A stretch of 64,000 bases of DNA from Azolla caroliniana (lineage: Eukaryota > Plantae > Polypodiophyta). The notes under the pieces were generated by a model. That model made no database searches. It was not told the origin of the DNA and worked only from the letters and a program-made list of their open reading frames with translations. Shown here piece after piece: positions 51,376 to 64,000 of this stretch. The stretch covers positions 17,794,001-17,858,000 of the forward strand of contig JBHGNT010000011.1 in assembly GCA_043228905.1 (NCBI GenBank), in the 5' to 3' direction. Positions within the stretch are counted from its first letter, which is position 1. Every line of letters begins with the position of its first letter. The position numbers and the translations under genes were made by a program.

Positions 51376-52796
51376 CACACACACACAAATGTCTCTCTGT
51401 CTCTGTCTCTGTCTCTCTCTTTCTGTGTATCTATCTATGCCTATTCATTGTGTTATGATAACACGGTTTTCTTGCCATACTTAGCAATATGCCCCCCCCT
51501 ACATGTCCACTTTCACGCTTGGGATGTCCGGACAACTCAAGGGCCGGCTCGAGAGTATGAAAACCGAAACTGCGAGTTCATCCGATGATAAAAGAGTCGT
51601 CGCGAGCATAGGCCGCATCGTTTGTAGACGGAGTGCCGTACCTCTAGCACATCCTCGGAAGTACATATTCCTTTCTCGGATGTTACCCAATATTAGCATC
51701 TCAAAGACTCACATTCATATCCTAAGACATTGGACTTAATTGTCGCTCATGATGAGTTTCATTTCGTATTAACCTTTTTCTGCATTTGACCCACCCGACC
51801 ACTCGTGCGGTGAGAATGGTCAATCTATGCACGCTAGAATGTAACCATTGCTTATTGTAGGTACACCTTCACCTCAATGATCACGACGACACACACATGT
51901 ATGTTCACACACAAGAATAGGTCAAAAAGGTCCTCCACTTCCTCCTATTTTCTTTGACTAGTCTCCTCCATTAAATTGTTCATAGCAATACACAAATTAG
52001 GGAAGCTTTACCAATATATAATATATGTTTATGTATGAGATATATGTTGAATTGCTCTTTGAAAATTGTACCCTGGTCAAGATACCAATATCAAGCTATA
52101 ATTCAATTAGATATACATTCTCATATGGAATACATATAGCCCTTGCATCGTACAAAAAATAATACTTAAAAATAGTTTCTTGAGGGATTTTTTTTCGTTT
52201 CACACCCGGTAAAGCAACTTTTAATTGCAATGATAAAACAAAGGTTGCATATTAAAAAAAAAGATTCGGATGAAATATGACCTGCCCTGTAATTTATTTG
52301 TAAGTAATTGCTATGGAAGCTTCCCCAACTAAAAAGAGGCCAAGAAGAAGTCATAATGCACTCTAGAAAAGTAAAACAAGTAACTCTTTTAATGAATTAC
52401 AAGTACATATGTCACAAGCAACCATCGAGTTCATTCAAATATTTATGAATGTTACGAATGTGTAATGACAATAAACACCAATAAGATGGGAGTCTGGGCG
52501 AGATGATATCTTGAGGTCAACATATTCATGTGGATGTGGAAGAGCTGAAGGGAAGAGCAACCATTTACCAACAATAAGCAGTGAAAGGATGAGAGAGTAG
52601 ATCAGGGTGTCTCAATGCCATGTGTTATCTATCAATATTGTTTGTGACATTCATAGCCTTATCATGGGAAAGAAACTTCAGACATTCTTACCTTAAAATG
52701 GTTACCCAACAAAACCAAAGTATGTAGCAAGTAATGGTTTACTGCGATAGACTTTATAAGTTATTTAAATATCATTTTGTTAAAAGTCTTCATCCC

Positions 52797-52868
52797 ATCA
52801 GAGTGGCGCAGCGGAAGCGTGGTGGGCCCATAACCCACAGGTCCGAGGATCGAAACCTCGCTCTGATA
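52797..52868 (+). tRNA. tRNA-iMet: Cytosolic initiator tRNA-Met (CAT)
   Basis: ATCAGAG-TG-GCGC-AGCGGAA-GCGT-G-GTGGG-CCCATAA-CCCAC-AGGTC-CGAGG-ATCGAAA-CCTCG-CTCTGAT-A: complete cloverleaf, A1:T72, three G:C pairs in the anticodon stem, ATCGAAA T-loop (A54/A60); AT-rich TATA-like sequence upstream. Confidence 0.97.
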
Positions 52869-52884
52869 GTCCTATCTAATATTC

Positions 52885-52889
52885 TTTTT
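52885..52889 (+). terminator. Pol III oligo-T terminator of tRNA-iMet
   Basis: TTTTT about 16 bp downstream of the discriminator base. Confidence 0.7.
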
Positions 52890-54296
52890 CCTTTGATTAA
52901 TTACTAAATTTTTGTCTTTATCTTGTTTCGCATCTTTTACTTTTAATTTGAATAGGATTTGTTTTAATTGTTTCTACCTTTTTCTCGCTCCGAATTGTTC
53001 CTTAGTGAATGCCATGATAACAAATCCTATATACAACTTAGTCTATAGGGACTCTTGATCCATTGGTTTCTCACCATCATCTATTTGGTTTTGCAATGAT
53101 CCATTGGTTTCATGCAATCAACTATTCGGTTTTGTAATGAGCGCCAATCTAAAATCCAAGGATATTGAATGCTTGGAATCAGCTACTTGACATTTCAATG
53201 ATAATGTCTAGATGTCTCAAGGACTCTAAAACGAGGGGTATGAATCATTCTTTTAATCATTACATACACTGGACTGATTGCAATCGGATAGTTGACGACA
53301 TTTCAATAACATTGTTACGATGTCAAGCTCAACCATACAACCTTCCATAATAAATGAATGGGAGATACCTTGCATTGAATGAAGTGGATACTATAGATAT
53401 TCCAATCACTCTCACATCAATATAGATTGGTGCAAGTACACATAGAATGTCCTGAAATAATGATACCATGTCAACATATATTAAGGTCTCTGGATTAATT
53501 GAGATGATGCGACATGTTTGTATTATGCCTCATGTTCAAGTTGACATCATTAATGTGGGCATATTGATGATGGATTAACGAGTACTTAGCGATCATTTAT
53601 TGGGGCTTATTGTCATCTAAATATCTTGATAGTCCCTCAAATTTATATTGGGATTATAATACATGTTGTTAGCTTTCTTGATTCTGTATTGAAAGCAGCC
53701 TCTTTCATCATAATCAACCAAGAAACCTTCATTGCAATTAGGTTTGGACTGAACAATTCACACTTGATGTTACTATGCTAGTAGTGCTTTCAAATATATT
53801 AACGACACAATGTAAGAAGTTTCAACATTGTAAATAGATAAAGATGCCTCATTAAGGTATTTTACTTGTTGGAATTGATATTTTAACCATGTCTCCTTCA
53901 AATCATAAGAAGTAGCAAGAACATACCTGCATATTGAATCCAAACTCAAACACATTATGATGAGCTTAACATTTTTGTATAAAGATTAGTCATCATTTTA
54001 TGGATGATCATATAATGTAAATGTTAATTTGCACAAAAAAGGGAATAAAATAGAAGACGTACTGGCACAAACCATTCATTACTCATACAAGCTGGTTTCT
54101 AAAATTATACAAAAAAGTTCAGCCCAATACCAGCAAAATCAACAGAACTGCTACAAAAGGTCATGGGTTCTAGTCAAGAAATACGATTAATAATGTCGGT
54201 TTTTGTTTCTTGTACCCAACGATTCTATCATGTAAACCACAATATAAAACCGGGCAATCTAAAAGATGTTTTTTTTTTGGGTAATTATATGGAAGT

Positions 54297-57200
54297 TTAA
54301 ACCTGGCCTGGAAATGGAGCTGATCCTTGTGAGCAAATATATCCAGCAATAATCCCTAAAATAGCACCAGCAGCTACTTGTAGAGGAGTATGGCCAAGCA
54401 GTTCTTTTAGTTTCTTCTCACTTATCGGATGCCCTTGGAACAAATCCTCCACTATCATATTGAGTACCTGTTCAAAACAAGTAAACCATGAATCGTACAT
54501 AAATTTGACCAATTATAAAACTTAAAACAGAGCTCTCAATGGTTGGCTGAAAGTCTTATCTTCATAATCAAGTGTATATTTTATCAAATATAAAACATTG
54601 GATATGTCTATATTAACTGAATTATGGGGTAGGGTATGGTCGGGAATTGGTGAGATTGGATGACATTAGAAATCGGCAATGGTTCAGTTTTGGCTTAACC
54701 GGTTTGGCCTTGTCCAAACGAAACCGGTTAAGGCTAACCGGTTAAGCCAAGCCGATTAAGCTTTAACTTGGTTTGGTTCGGCTTGAGTCATGCCAAACCG
54801 AGCTCAAACCGGTTAAGGAAGCTCAAGCCTACACTGAACCGAACCACGAAACCATTTAAAAACGGTTAACAGTTTGGTTCAGGTTGAGCCAACTAGTTGC
54901 CGATTCCTAGATGACATATGAAAGAACAGTAACTTCAACATTAAAAGTCCTTTTTAAAAAAATGCAACATTGTTATGCGCACTCTAGCAGCTGATGTTAC
55001 CATAAGTAATTTGTAAAAGCCCAGTTTACCACAAACTAAGTTCTGGCACCAAGGAAACACACGGTTAAAATGTCAAATCTAAAATATTGCAAGTTCAAAA
55101 ACCACAGCATCAATTTGAAATGTAATCATTTTAAAAACCTAAGACAACATCGAAATTCCCAAACTCTTAACGTTTGTTGTGGAATACCAATAGGTACTAT
55201 TAGGCATTGTGAACGACGGTAGAAAATTAATTTCATAGATAGTGTAAAGAGAGCAAATAATCAGGTGAATTGCACCCTCCACCACAATGAACGTGACCAC
55301 TACATATATAAAGAGGATGTTGGGCTAGCACACTCTTCACTGCAAGTTGTCTACGTTTTGGATGACAGTTTCTCAGGATGCTAAGAAGTAAGATATAATC
55401 ATAGTCTTTATTCGCTCAGTATGGAAATGTCTGAATTGGATTTGACATTACAGGAATAAATGTTGTCACAGATACCAAAATCGATCTACCAATTACTAAG
55501 ATTGCTCTCATTTGCTGCATTTTAAGCCAATTAACTTTTTAGGAGGTGGAAGCTATAGTATAAAGAAATATTTCTTTTGTTTTTATTTCATTACTCGCAT
55601 TGAAGATCTAATATAAAGCAGTTGTAACCTTTGTCAAATCTCAATAGGCCATTATGATCTTTTAGAGACGTAATATATCTTTCATTTGCGACATACTTAT
55701 CATATGTAGCATATCTATTTATTGGGCTACTTTGTATGTCCTATTTTGAATATTTATCATGGTTCCTGTGGTGAAGACAAACTCATAGTCAAAGGAAGCG
55801 ATACGGCAATTTGTAAGAAGTAAAGTCCTTGCCTTAGCTGGAGTGAGAACTCTGGAACATCCAATATTCACAGTACAACATTAATTTACAACATCATTGC
55901 CAGTGCTGAAAATCTCAACTTTCAGAAAATAGCCATGATGATGTTCAAAATTCCAGAACAATGTGACAGATACTATCAATCATTTATCACTACGCATTGG
56001 CCTGCCTCTCCTACTTTAGTGGATACTCTATCTCATTTTATAGAACTTGAACCTCCTGCATCTTTTCAAAATGAAGCCTTAACTCCTAACCACTTCAGGC
56101 CCCTCAATCGATGTTGTGCACTCAGTAGAAAAAACAGCATATTTCAATAAGTTTGAATTTTCAAACAAAAAGAAGGCAGATGAAGCTCACCATAACTATA
56201 TGCCACTCCGGTTATATGATTGACACCTCATCTGACAGGACATTCTTAGTTGCTAACCTCAATCTTTGCATTCCGAACAAGCTTCTTAGTGGTTACACAG
56301 TAGATAGTGGAGCCACGTAATCCATTCATTAGAGATTGGTCTCTTTTATTTCTCCCTCAAGCCATCAGTCAGTTACTGTCAGTAATCAGATCCTCATTAC
56401 CCGTGTTGGACATATTTCAATTTCTCATTCACCAGAGGATAAAGAGCTAAAACCCTTTAAACTCTCTTTCAATCTGTTACCTGTCTCTTGCTGAGATGTT
56501 AACGATACCCAGAGTACTTTTTTGGTGGCTGAAAAGTCACCATCTCCAATGTTGATTCTGTTGCTCTTCAGGCTCACTGCACAGAGGATGGTTTCCTCTA
56601 AAGCAAGCAGTAGCATCAATTCCTAAGTCTTGAAGTGTTGGATACCCTCGAGTTAAACTAGCATTACTTTGTGCAAAAAGGAACATCCTAGAGGTTTTTC
56701 GGCAGTTTCTTGCTTAGCTTGAGTCTCGTGAATGTGTCCCACCAAAGCAAGATTGACTAATGTGTCACCTTAAATGATTTTTCGTTTGGAGAAATCCAAG
56801 TGGAGAAACATTAGAATTATTAATGGGTTTATTGTTAGGATTTGAAACATCATCAAAGGATATAACTGCTTACAACTCAATAAACTGAGCATTGGGATCA
56901 GAAAGTCGAAAAGCCTTCAGATTCTGCACAGTAGCTGGCTTTAAAGTTAGCTTTGAGACTCTGGTGGCAAAATCCAAGCGGCGAAACATTAGAATTTTTA
57001 TTTGGTTATTGTTAGGATTTGAAACATCGGGCATATTCATATTGAAAAGTTTCATCAAAGGACATAACAGTTTACACCCCAATTGACCAAGCATTGGGAT
57101 TAGAAAGGCGAAAAGCCTTCAAATTCTGTACAGTGACCGGTTTAAAGGTTAGTTAAGCTTCTCATGATGCTCCCCAGATTGTGGGTGCTCATGGAAAACT

Positions 57201-59903
57201 AATGGTTCTGACCATACTAGACTTGAAAGGTGTTGAATTTTTTATGGGGTTGGCATTGATTCCAGATGTGTACAGATGTAGACAAACTTCAACCCAAAAC
57301 TACTGCTGCAAGGCATGAGAAAGAATATCAAAGACCATTTTAAGAATCATAGTTTATTTGGTTCTGCTATATCAAGTTGAGATGGGAGTATACAGAATGG
57401 TATGGTGTCTTTGGATGCCTTAACAGGTAAAAAAGAGAATATGTTCATGAAGTTGAGGTTGCCCCATCAATTGATACAGAGTTGTCTCACTTTCCAAACC
57501 TTTTCAGCTTCAGTCACTGTTATCCATGAGAAAAAATTTCAAATGCCTCAGGTTTGTGATGAAGAGAGAATATCCAACATAACTGACTCATGTCAGCTAC
57601 AACCACAAAGGTAAAGAGGTTTGTCAAAAAGACATAGTGCACATCAGTCCACAAAGATCTGCATGAACAAGAGCTAGAGGGTTCAATGCAATAGAGGGGC
57701 AGCTTTTAAAAATAGACACTGGTGTTGTTCCCAACTGACAAACATGACAGATGATAGGGGAAGGTTGAGAAAGCAGGCGACCCCCTAGCACACGATTTTA
57801 GGAAGCTAGTGACAAAGAATCTTGGTCCAATCAACCAATGCAAGCATATCAATCATATAGTCATGCTGTTAAAAGAATAAATTCATAGATATTTGGTGGA
57901 TCATTGAGCATAAATTCACATTGATGACTTTTGAGAAATACAAAACCCATCTTGCTGCAAAATGTGATGCTAAGCATCCCGCACTGGATTGTGAATGAAA
58001 CCTACATACCCGATAATCAACCACAATCCAGACAGTCCATGCCATTGGCAGCCATTGTGGGTGCTCTCTCTTGGCAGATGGATGTAAAGAGCACCTTCCC
58101 CACCTGGTTTTTCTGTTGAACATGAGGTTTATGTATACCAGTCACCTGTTTTTTCTTGTCAGACGTTAGATGCTTTTCTCCTTTGCATTGGCATGCAAGG
58201 AACCACAGCTGATTCTAATTGATACGTTCTACAACATTCATCATATTTACAGGTTTATGGACAGAAATATTCATTTTGCCATGCAATTGTCTTCCTTTGA
58301 AATGACAGAAGAATTACAATTTTCTCATTTTAAGGTGACTAAATATCACAAGGCACCATCATCTTCTGAACAACCATTCCATATGACTAATTGACTTAAA
58401 GTTTCCATTCTTTCTGACCACGAGGTCATCACTCCCCGCAGACATGATCTGTCTGCACCAGTCAAGTGGGAGCTCTATCATCAGCAAGTTGACTGCCTAG
58501 TCTGCCTTACGTGCTCCCAGCCAAACATCTCCTACACTGTCAGCTTACTGAAATCCTTTACTGCCTAGCCTCAAAAAGATGCGCAACGCACATTGTCTTA
58601 TATATCAGGCACGTTCACATCAGTACACTCTCACTGGACAGTGCAATTCTCATCGGGTCAAAATTTCTTACTCTCATTGCTCACCTACTGACAGTTGTCG
58701 CTCACCTCGGTCCAGATCCTATATCATGGAGCAGCACATGCCAGCCTATAGTTTCTATTTTATCCCTAGAAGCTAAACACCGAGCAGCTTGTTATGCATC
58801 CTGTGAGGCAATTTGGCTACGATGGCTACTAAACAATGACCTTACAGGCTCATGTTCAACTTCTCCCAGTTCGTGAACATCCCTACTGCTGAGAGGGCAT
58901 GTTAACAAACTTACTGATTATCTTACCTTCACAATAACCGAATCTTCATTAATTGACCATATAAGTGATCAAATAGCACATGACTGTTTGAGAAGAGGTT
59001 GATCAAGGGCGTTTGGTGAAATAACAGTAAAACTTGAAGGACATTTGGTGATTTAAAGAAAATTTGGGGAGTAATCTGGTGATTTTCCCTCAAAATGAAC
59101 AACGAAAAACTAGGAGCTTAAAAAACACATACCTCAGCTTGCATACCAGCATGTCTTCTCACACCAGTGGCATCATACATCACGATGAGGCTAAAACCGA
59201 GGCATACTGGGAACAGGGCATCACCAATACCATGGCAAATCGCCACAGACGTTGTAAGAGCAACACATAGGGCTGAATGTGAAGAGGGCATCCCTCCTGA
59301 CCCGAGAGCCATCTTCCAATCCCATCTCTTTTCAACAAAAAATGTGGTGAAAACCTTCAAGACTTGTGCTATTGCCCATGCCATCAGCCCTGACATAAAA
59401 GTTGGATTGGCACATAGTGATGCTATCACAGGGCTTATTTGATCTTTTGCAATTGCTTTTGTACTTAGCAATGCCATAGCTAGGCCCCCTTGCTCTGAGA
59501 AATAGGTTGAAATCTGTCTTCTTGTTCCTTTTCCGCCATTCATCTCATTGCATAGCTCATCAAAGTCATTGCTGTTTTGCAACATTGAGTCATTTCTGGC
59601 AAAATGGTCATGGATGGGTTTTGTCTTGTCTCTGAAGCTGTATTGATGCCAAAGTGAAGTTAAATGTGAAAAGCTCATAGCAAGGATAGCCATAGATGAA
59701 GAAAGCTTTGATGAAATTAGACTCCGGAAGCTTAGGAGGAACAGAGGAGGAGAGGGTCCATATCTTATGTGAGAATAAATGATGGGTTTGTAGCGGATTA
59801 ACTTGTGGTGTTGTGCACACCACTGATGATGGTGGGTGGTCTTTCCTCTGATTCTGCAAGGATTGAGTGAGTGAGAAATGGAAGAGGAACAGAGGAGGGC
59901 CAT
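54297..59903 (-). CDS. DUF212 / YuiD-like (acid phosphatase/vanadium-dependent haloperoxidase-related) membrane protein with probable plastid transit peptide, 2 exons, ~313 aa
   Basis: Exon 1 59903-59133 (AQVLK, SGGMPSSHSA, IVMYDATGVRRHAGMQAE|GTATG) and exon 2 54467-54297 (CAG|VLN...LKELLGHTPLQV.AGA.LG); phase-0 intron of ~4.66 kb. N-terminus is Ser/basic-rich; exact start codon uncertain. Confidence 0.9.
54667..54909. mobile_element. Non-autonomous hAT-type MITE, 243 bp, in the DUF212 intron
   Basis: 13-bp TIRs TAGAAATCGGCAA / TTGCCGATTCCTA (1 mismatch), perfect 8-bp TSD GATGACAT at 54659-54666 and 54910-54917, and many internal AACCG/CGGTT motifs. Confidence 0.88.
56290..58860 (+). mobile_element. 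Fragmented Ty1/Copia remnants in the DUF212 intron
   Basis: VDSGAT protease-like motif near 56300; ORF 58511-58876 contains ISWSS..Q.IVS.LSLEAKHRA....CEAIWLR.LL, matching the Copia RNase H consensus SW.SKKQ..VA.S..EAEY.A....CE..WLR.LL. The intervening sequence may be unrelated. Confidence 0.6.
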
Positions 59904-60115
59904 TAATAGAGAGGGATACAAAGAGAAAACAGAGGAGGAAGATGGATTTATCTACAGAGATAAACGAGAGTGGGAATAGGAGGAGGGTTTAGGAGCCATC
60001 TCTGCTCACCAGAGATAGAGACTGTGAAGCCAAAGAGGCAGTTTGTTTATTTGGTCATCACTACTACTATCATGTAGTATAGACGTGTTAGATCTCTACC
60101 CAAAACATGGATGGA

Positions 60116-60385
60116 CTCTGATGGCCAATCCATGTAGATCTGCCTGCTTGCCTTAGGTCTTTTGGGTGCCCATTTCACACTTTGGGTGCCCATGGCTTGC
60201 CGATGCTTGCCAACCATTGGCTCCATCTTGTCCTCGCCCTGCCTTGCCCTGTGATGGTCAATCCATGTAAATCTGCCTGCATGCCTTAGGTCTTTTGGGT
60301 GCCCATTTCACACTTTGGGTGCCCATGGCTTGCTGATGCTTGCCAACCATTGGCTCCATCTTGTCCTCGCCCTGGCCTGGCCTGC
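60116..60385. repeat. Tandem duplication, 2 x 133 bp, upstream of the DUF212 gene
   Basis: AATCCATGTA.ATCTGCCTGC.TGCCTTAGGTCTTTTGGGTGCCCATTTCACAC... at 60127 and 60260, near-identical. Confidence 0.9.
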
Positions 60386-62219
60386 CTATATGTAATACAT
60401 TCACCGAATCGGCCCCTGATGCTACCCCTTCACTCGAGAGCTTTCGTCTCCTCGCATATCGACTGCCTCTGTGATCCACGAGCCAGTCAATGGCATTCCC
60501 ACCCCACCCATGTCGACAACATCTTGGCCATGTGATAAGAAATTCCTTGATGTGCCCTTTGTTCGCATTGATTGCCCTCTTCAATCTTGTGTGTAAACGC
60601 CCTCCCTCCCCATTTTCGTTTTTCTACATGTGTGTCGACCAAAGCTCAAACCGAAGACCTTTATTTGAAATAAGGAATATACCAAAAGATTAGGTCTGGA
60701 TGATAAAAGAAAGATTAAACCAAAAGATTTGTGTGACCTTGTGATCAAACTCTAATAATACATGCTCAGTAAGATCAAATTTCTGACAACAGGCAATTCA
60801 AAGTGATTTTAATGTGAAAGGTAAGATATGAGAATTTTGTGGGAAATTAGAGAGAAATTGGAAGGTGTGTGAAATGTGAGATGGGATATCTCCCTAGTCT
60901 TCCCCAACTTGGAATGTTATTTGAGTTGGGCATGTAATCAAGGGATGTGGATGGAGATACTTGCTTGAAACTTTGATTTGATAAGAGGAAATGTTAGATT
61001 CAAATCACAATTGACTTTTGATGTTGGATTTTAAAGATTTTGTCTACAAGTTCAATAATCTCACTTGTGTGCTATAACAAACTTTAATCAATGTAAAACT
61101 ATTTATTAATCTAAGGAAAGACGATCATGATCATTTTGATTGTTGGCTATATGGGAATGTGAGTTCAAACCCCCAATATCTTGGACTCTCCTTACATCCT
61201 TATTACATTTTCAAAACTATGTAGCTTCTTCGTGACCATCTCATAAGCAGTTCTCAATGGCTGACTAATTCAGGTGAAATTTTTGACAAATATCTTCCTG
61301 ACGAAGAGTGCATGATCATAGAAAGTTCACGTTAAGTTGATAAGAGTGACATGCATACAAAGAGACCATGACAATGGAGTATTTAAGGTGAGCACTGCCT
61401 ATCAATCAGGTCATAATAATTGTTTTCACAAACAAAATCCATATAGGTCATAAGAATTGGAGAGCCCATTTCTTTGTCCAATCACAATGTCCATAATGCC
61501 CATAAATTGCAGTGACAAATCCATTTCTCACCCACACAGCCAGGCAATTGGTAAGATAAATGCTTTTCAAAGACCATACAAATGTAGGAATTTGGGGGCA
61601 ATGACAGCACGTTTCATTTACTTAATGAAAACTGTGGTGGAAGATTAAACATATAAATGAGACTGTTTGTGTGAGACTCAGTCGGAATTTTTAAATGTGA
61701 GATTAGAAGTTATAGCCACCTATTCCCTCTCATGTAAATGAGGGATGGAAAAGTGCTGTAAAGGAGGGACGATATTATTAGGTGTTACCCCTACCTCTCA
61801 CATTCTTGGGCCATCTCTGATGTTATCTTTACTATCTCAATTTGATCCATTTCTCACTAGGGTATTTGAGATTTGTTTGTTCACCAGCACCTTCATTCAT
61901 ATACATATACATATACATAGACATATACATATACATATATATGGTGGCATGCTTACATAGAATAAATTAGGTTTTAACATAAACTCTTAGCACAAAAACT
62001 TGAGGTTCTTTCCGATGTGTGGCATTTGATCTCGCAATCCACTCCCTTGAAAACAACACCTGAATGTTTGATAGTTACATTTGATACGTTTTTACTTCAC
62101 ATGAGCAGGGATAAGGGTTAAAGACAAAAGATCATGAGTGAACTTGCTGAAGTAAGACAAATCATCATGTTCTTCTGCATATTTTTAGTTCACAAACAAA
62201 TAGTCTTCTAGCCAGGCTA

Positions 62220-64000
62220 TCAAGACGGTGAGAATGCCCCACTGCTCGAACATGAATATGGACTCAACCTCATACTCTCTGCTGACATTGGACTAGCTTT
62301 TAAGCTTTGTAATCGATTCTTGATGTCACAAAGTTCGTATTTTGGATTTTCGTTACCATGTTCACATGAAACAATAGGAGAATCTGAATATCCAGAATTC
62401 CGCTTTTCAGCACCACGGCTAAAAACCTGCATCAGCTCAACACTATCTTCTCTATAGTCGGGGCTATCAATATTCCAGCTACTCGTTCTAGGAGATGCTT
62501 TGCTTCCAACCTCGCTACAAGCCTCCTCTCCAACCTCACTACCTTCTAAATCTCTTACTATACTCATGCTATGCTCCGAGCTAGCAATACTGCTGGTTGT
62601 CACTGGGGAATATCCTTGACGAATAACACGCGCATTTGAAGATCGAGTGCTGTAGAGTGCCAATGATGCTGTGTTTGATACTAGGGTTCGGCCATTCGTC
62701 GCACTTTGCCGAATATCCTGCACATAATGAAAACATGGTTCTTTATATGACAAATACTCTCTGGTATCAGGGGTTATATGTATTCATGCCCTTATCCCTG
62801 ATGTGTTCATAGTACACATTTATTTACAATACAATCATATACTAACTGGTATTTTATGTATTTACACTAATTAGACAAATATGTGCACGATGCACATAAA
62901 TCTACACTAGCATTAGTAAACTCATGTTATGTATTCACAAGGTTTACACTTGTCAAAGACATCCACAATGCACAACAATCTACAATAGTATCAAACAATA
63001 ATGTACTCACAAGTTTTAAGTTTTAAGTTTTAAGTTTTAATGCACATCATTCTAGATTCTACACTTGTATGAAATAGTAAGCTCCTATCATTTATGCATG
63101 ATTTGTTTAGACTTAATATTAATAAAACACATTATTATTAATTTTACCATCTGCCGAAGTGCCATGTCAATCGACTTCCTTGGTAAATAATTCTTCCCTA
63201 AGAAAGAATTGGCTTTGAGAGTTGGCGTTGTTGGCTTGACACCACATTTCAATTGCAATGCTGGTAATTCTCCAGAGGACGTAGCCGATGCTACAACACA
63301 TCTAGATTGTGACATTCTATCAATCATCTTGGTACTTCTACCACCAACCGTGCCATTAAAGTTGGAATCACTACTCCTTCCGTTCCTTGAGAGGGTTCTC
63401 TCAGGTGTTGAAGTCCGTCCTCTTGAGATGCTAGGAGAGCAAGATTGTCTTCTAGATCTATCTGGAACTAATTCACTAGTTTTCAATGAGGCTGTTGAAC
63501 AAAAAGATGGAGATGAGCCCCTAGATGGTGAAGATGAAGTCATGGGCCTAGATGACAAATTCCTTGGCTTAGAAGACCCAGTCATAGTATTATTAGAAAT
63601 AGATGACATTAATGATAGTGTTCCCCGCCTCAAAGGACCCAAAGATGGTGAAGAGAATGATCCCGGCCTCGAAGAGCTTAATGATGGTGATGATAACATT
63701 GTTGGCTTCATTGAATCCATGGGAGCTTGCACAATAGGCCTTGCAGACCCAACAGAGGCACCTCTAGAATTGGAGATCGATCGAGCAGGAAGTGTTGTCC
63801 TTAAATTTGGTGGTGGCTCCAGGGAAAATCCTGGCATTGCCGATGATTTCCAAGTCTGTGTTCTAGTTGTAGGGGAGCTTCCACGTGTTGCCTGTGCACT
63901 TCTAAAAGTTGATGAACTTGCTTTGCTAGCTGAAGCAGATCGACCAGGTGCTACTTGCCCTTGAGAAAATGTGGGAGTAGAGGATCTTCGAAGTGGAGTG
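62220..64000 (-). CDS. BPP-like (basic proline-rich, microtubule-associated) protein, 3' part; 5' end lies outside the window
   Basis: Frame is open from 63999 to the donor at 63148: ...RGSSPT.R...WK...MPGFSLEPPPNLRTTLP.R...RRQSCSP..SRGR...KSIDMALRQM; last exon 62717-62220 begins DIRQ. These motifs are characteristic of the family as I recall it. Confidence 0.8.

Noticed and set aside
62762-62771. TGGTATCAG, resembling a tRNA-iMet primer-binding site
   Set aside because: Only 9 nt match, inside a short intron, with no adjacent LTR.
63011-63040. (AAGTTTT)x4, telomere-variant-like heptamer
   Set aside because: Short intronic microsatellite that does not match TTTAGGG.
63209-63964. 251-aa plus-strand ORF antisense to the BPP-like gene
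   Set aside because: Shadow frame of Ser/Pro/Arg/Thr-rich codons; non-ATG start and no domain, while the minus strand carries the conserved motifs.

Overview
AT-rich eukaryotic nuclear DNA from a land plant, with GT-AG spliceosomal introns, microsatellites and decayed retroelements; no prokaryotic, CRISPR or phage features are visible. Seven protein-coding genes can be modelled by hand: a 12-exon ceramide kinase (+), a two-exon plant coiled-coil protein with poly-Asp/poly-Lys tracts (+), a six-exon RLCK-VII/PBL kinase (+), an intronless ATL RING-H2 E3 ligase (+), an intronless type-II arogenate dehydratase (-), a two-exon DUF212 protein with a TE-filled 4.7-kb intron (-), and the 3' part of a BPP-like Ser/Pro/Arg-rich protein (-). 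There is also an initiator tRNA-Met gene, LINE and Copia remnants and a hAT-type MITE with an intact 8-bp TSD. I found no convincing new multi-gene system. The best leads are (1) a tRNA-iMet with a compensatory G50:C64 pair that removes the purine-64 normally ribosyl-phosphorylated in plant/fungal initiator tRNAs, and (2) an arogenate dehydratase that appears to lack a plastid transit peptide and carries an insertion in its ACT domain. All exon models and family calls were made by eye, without database searches.
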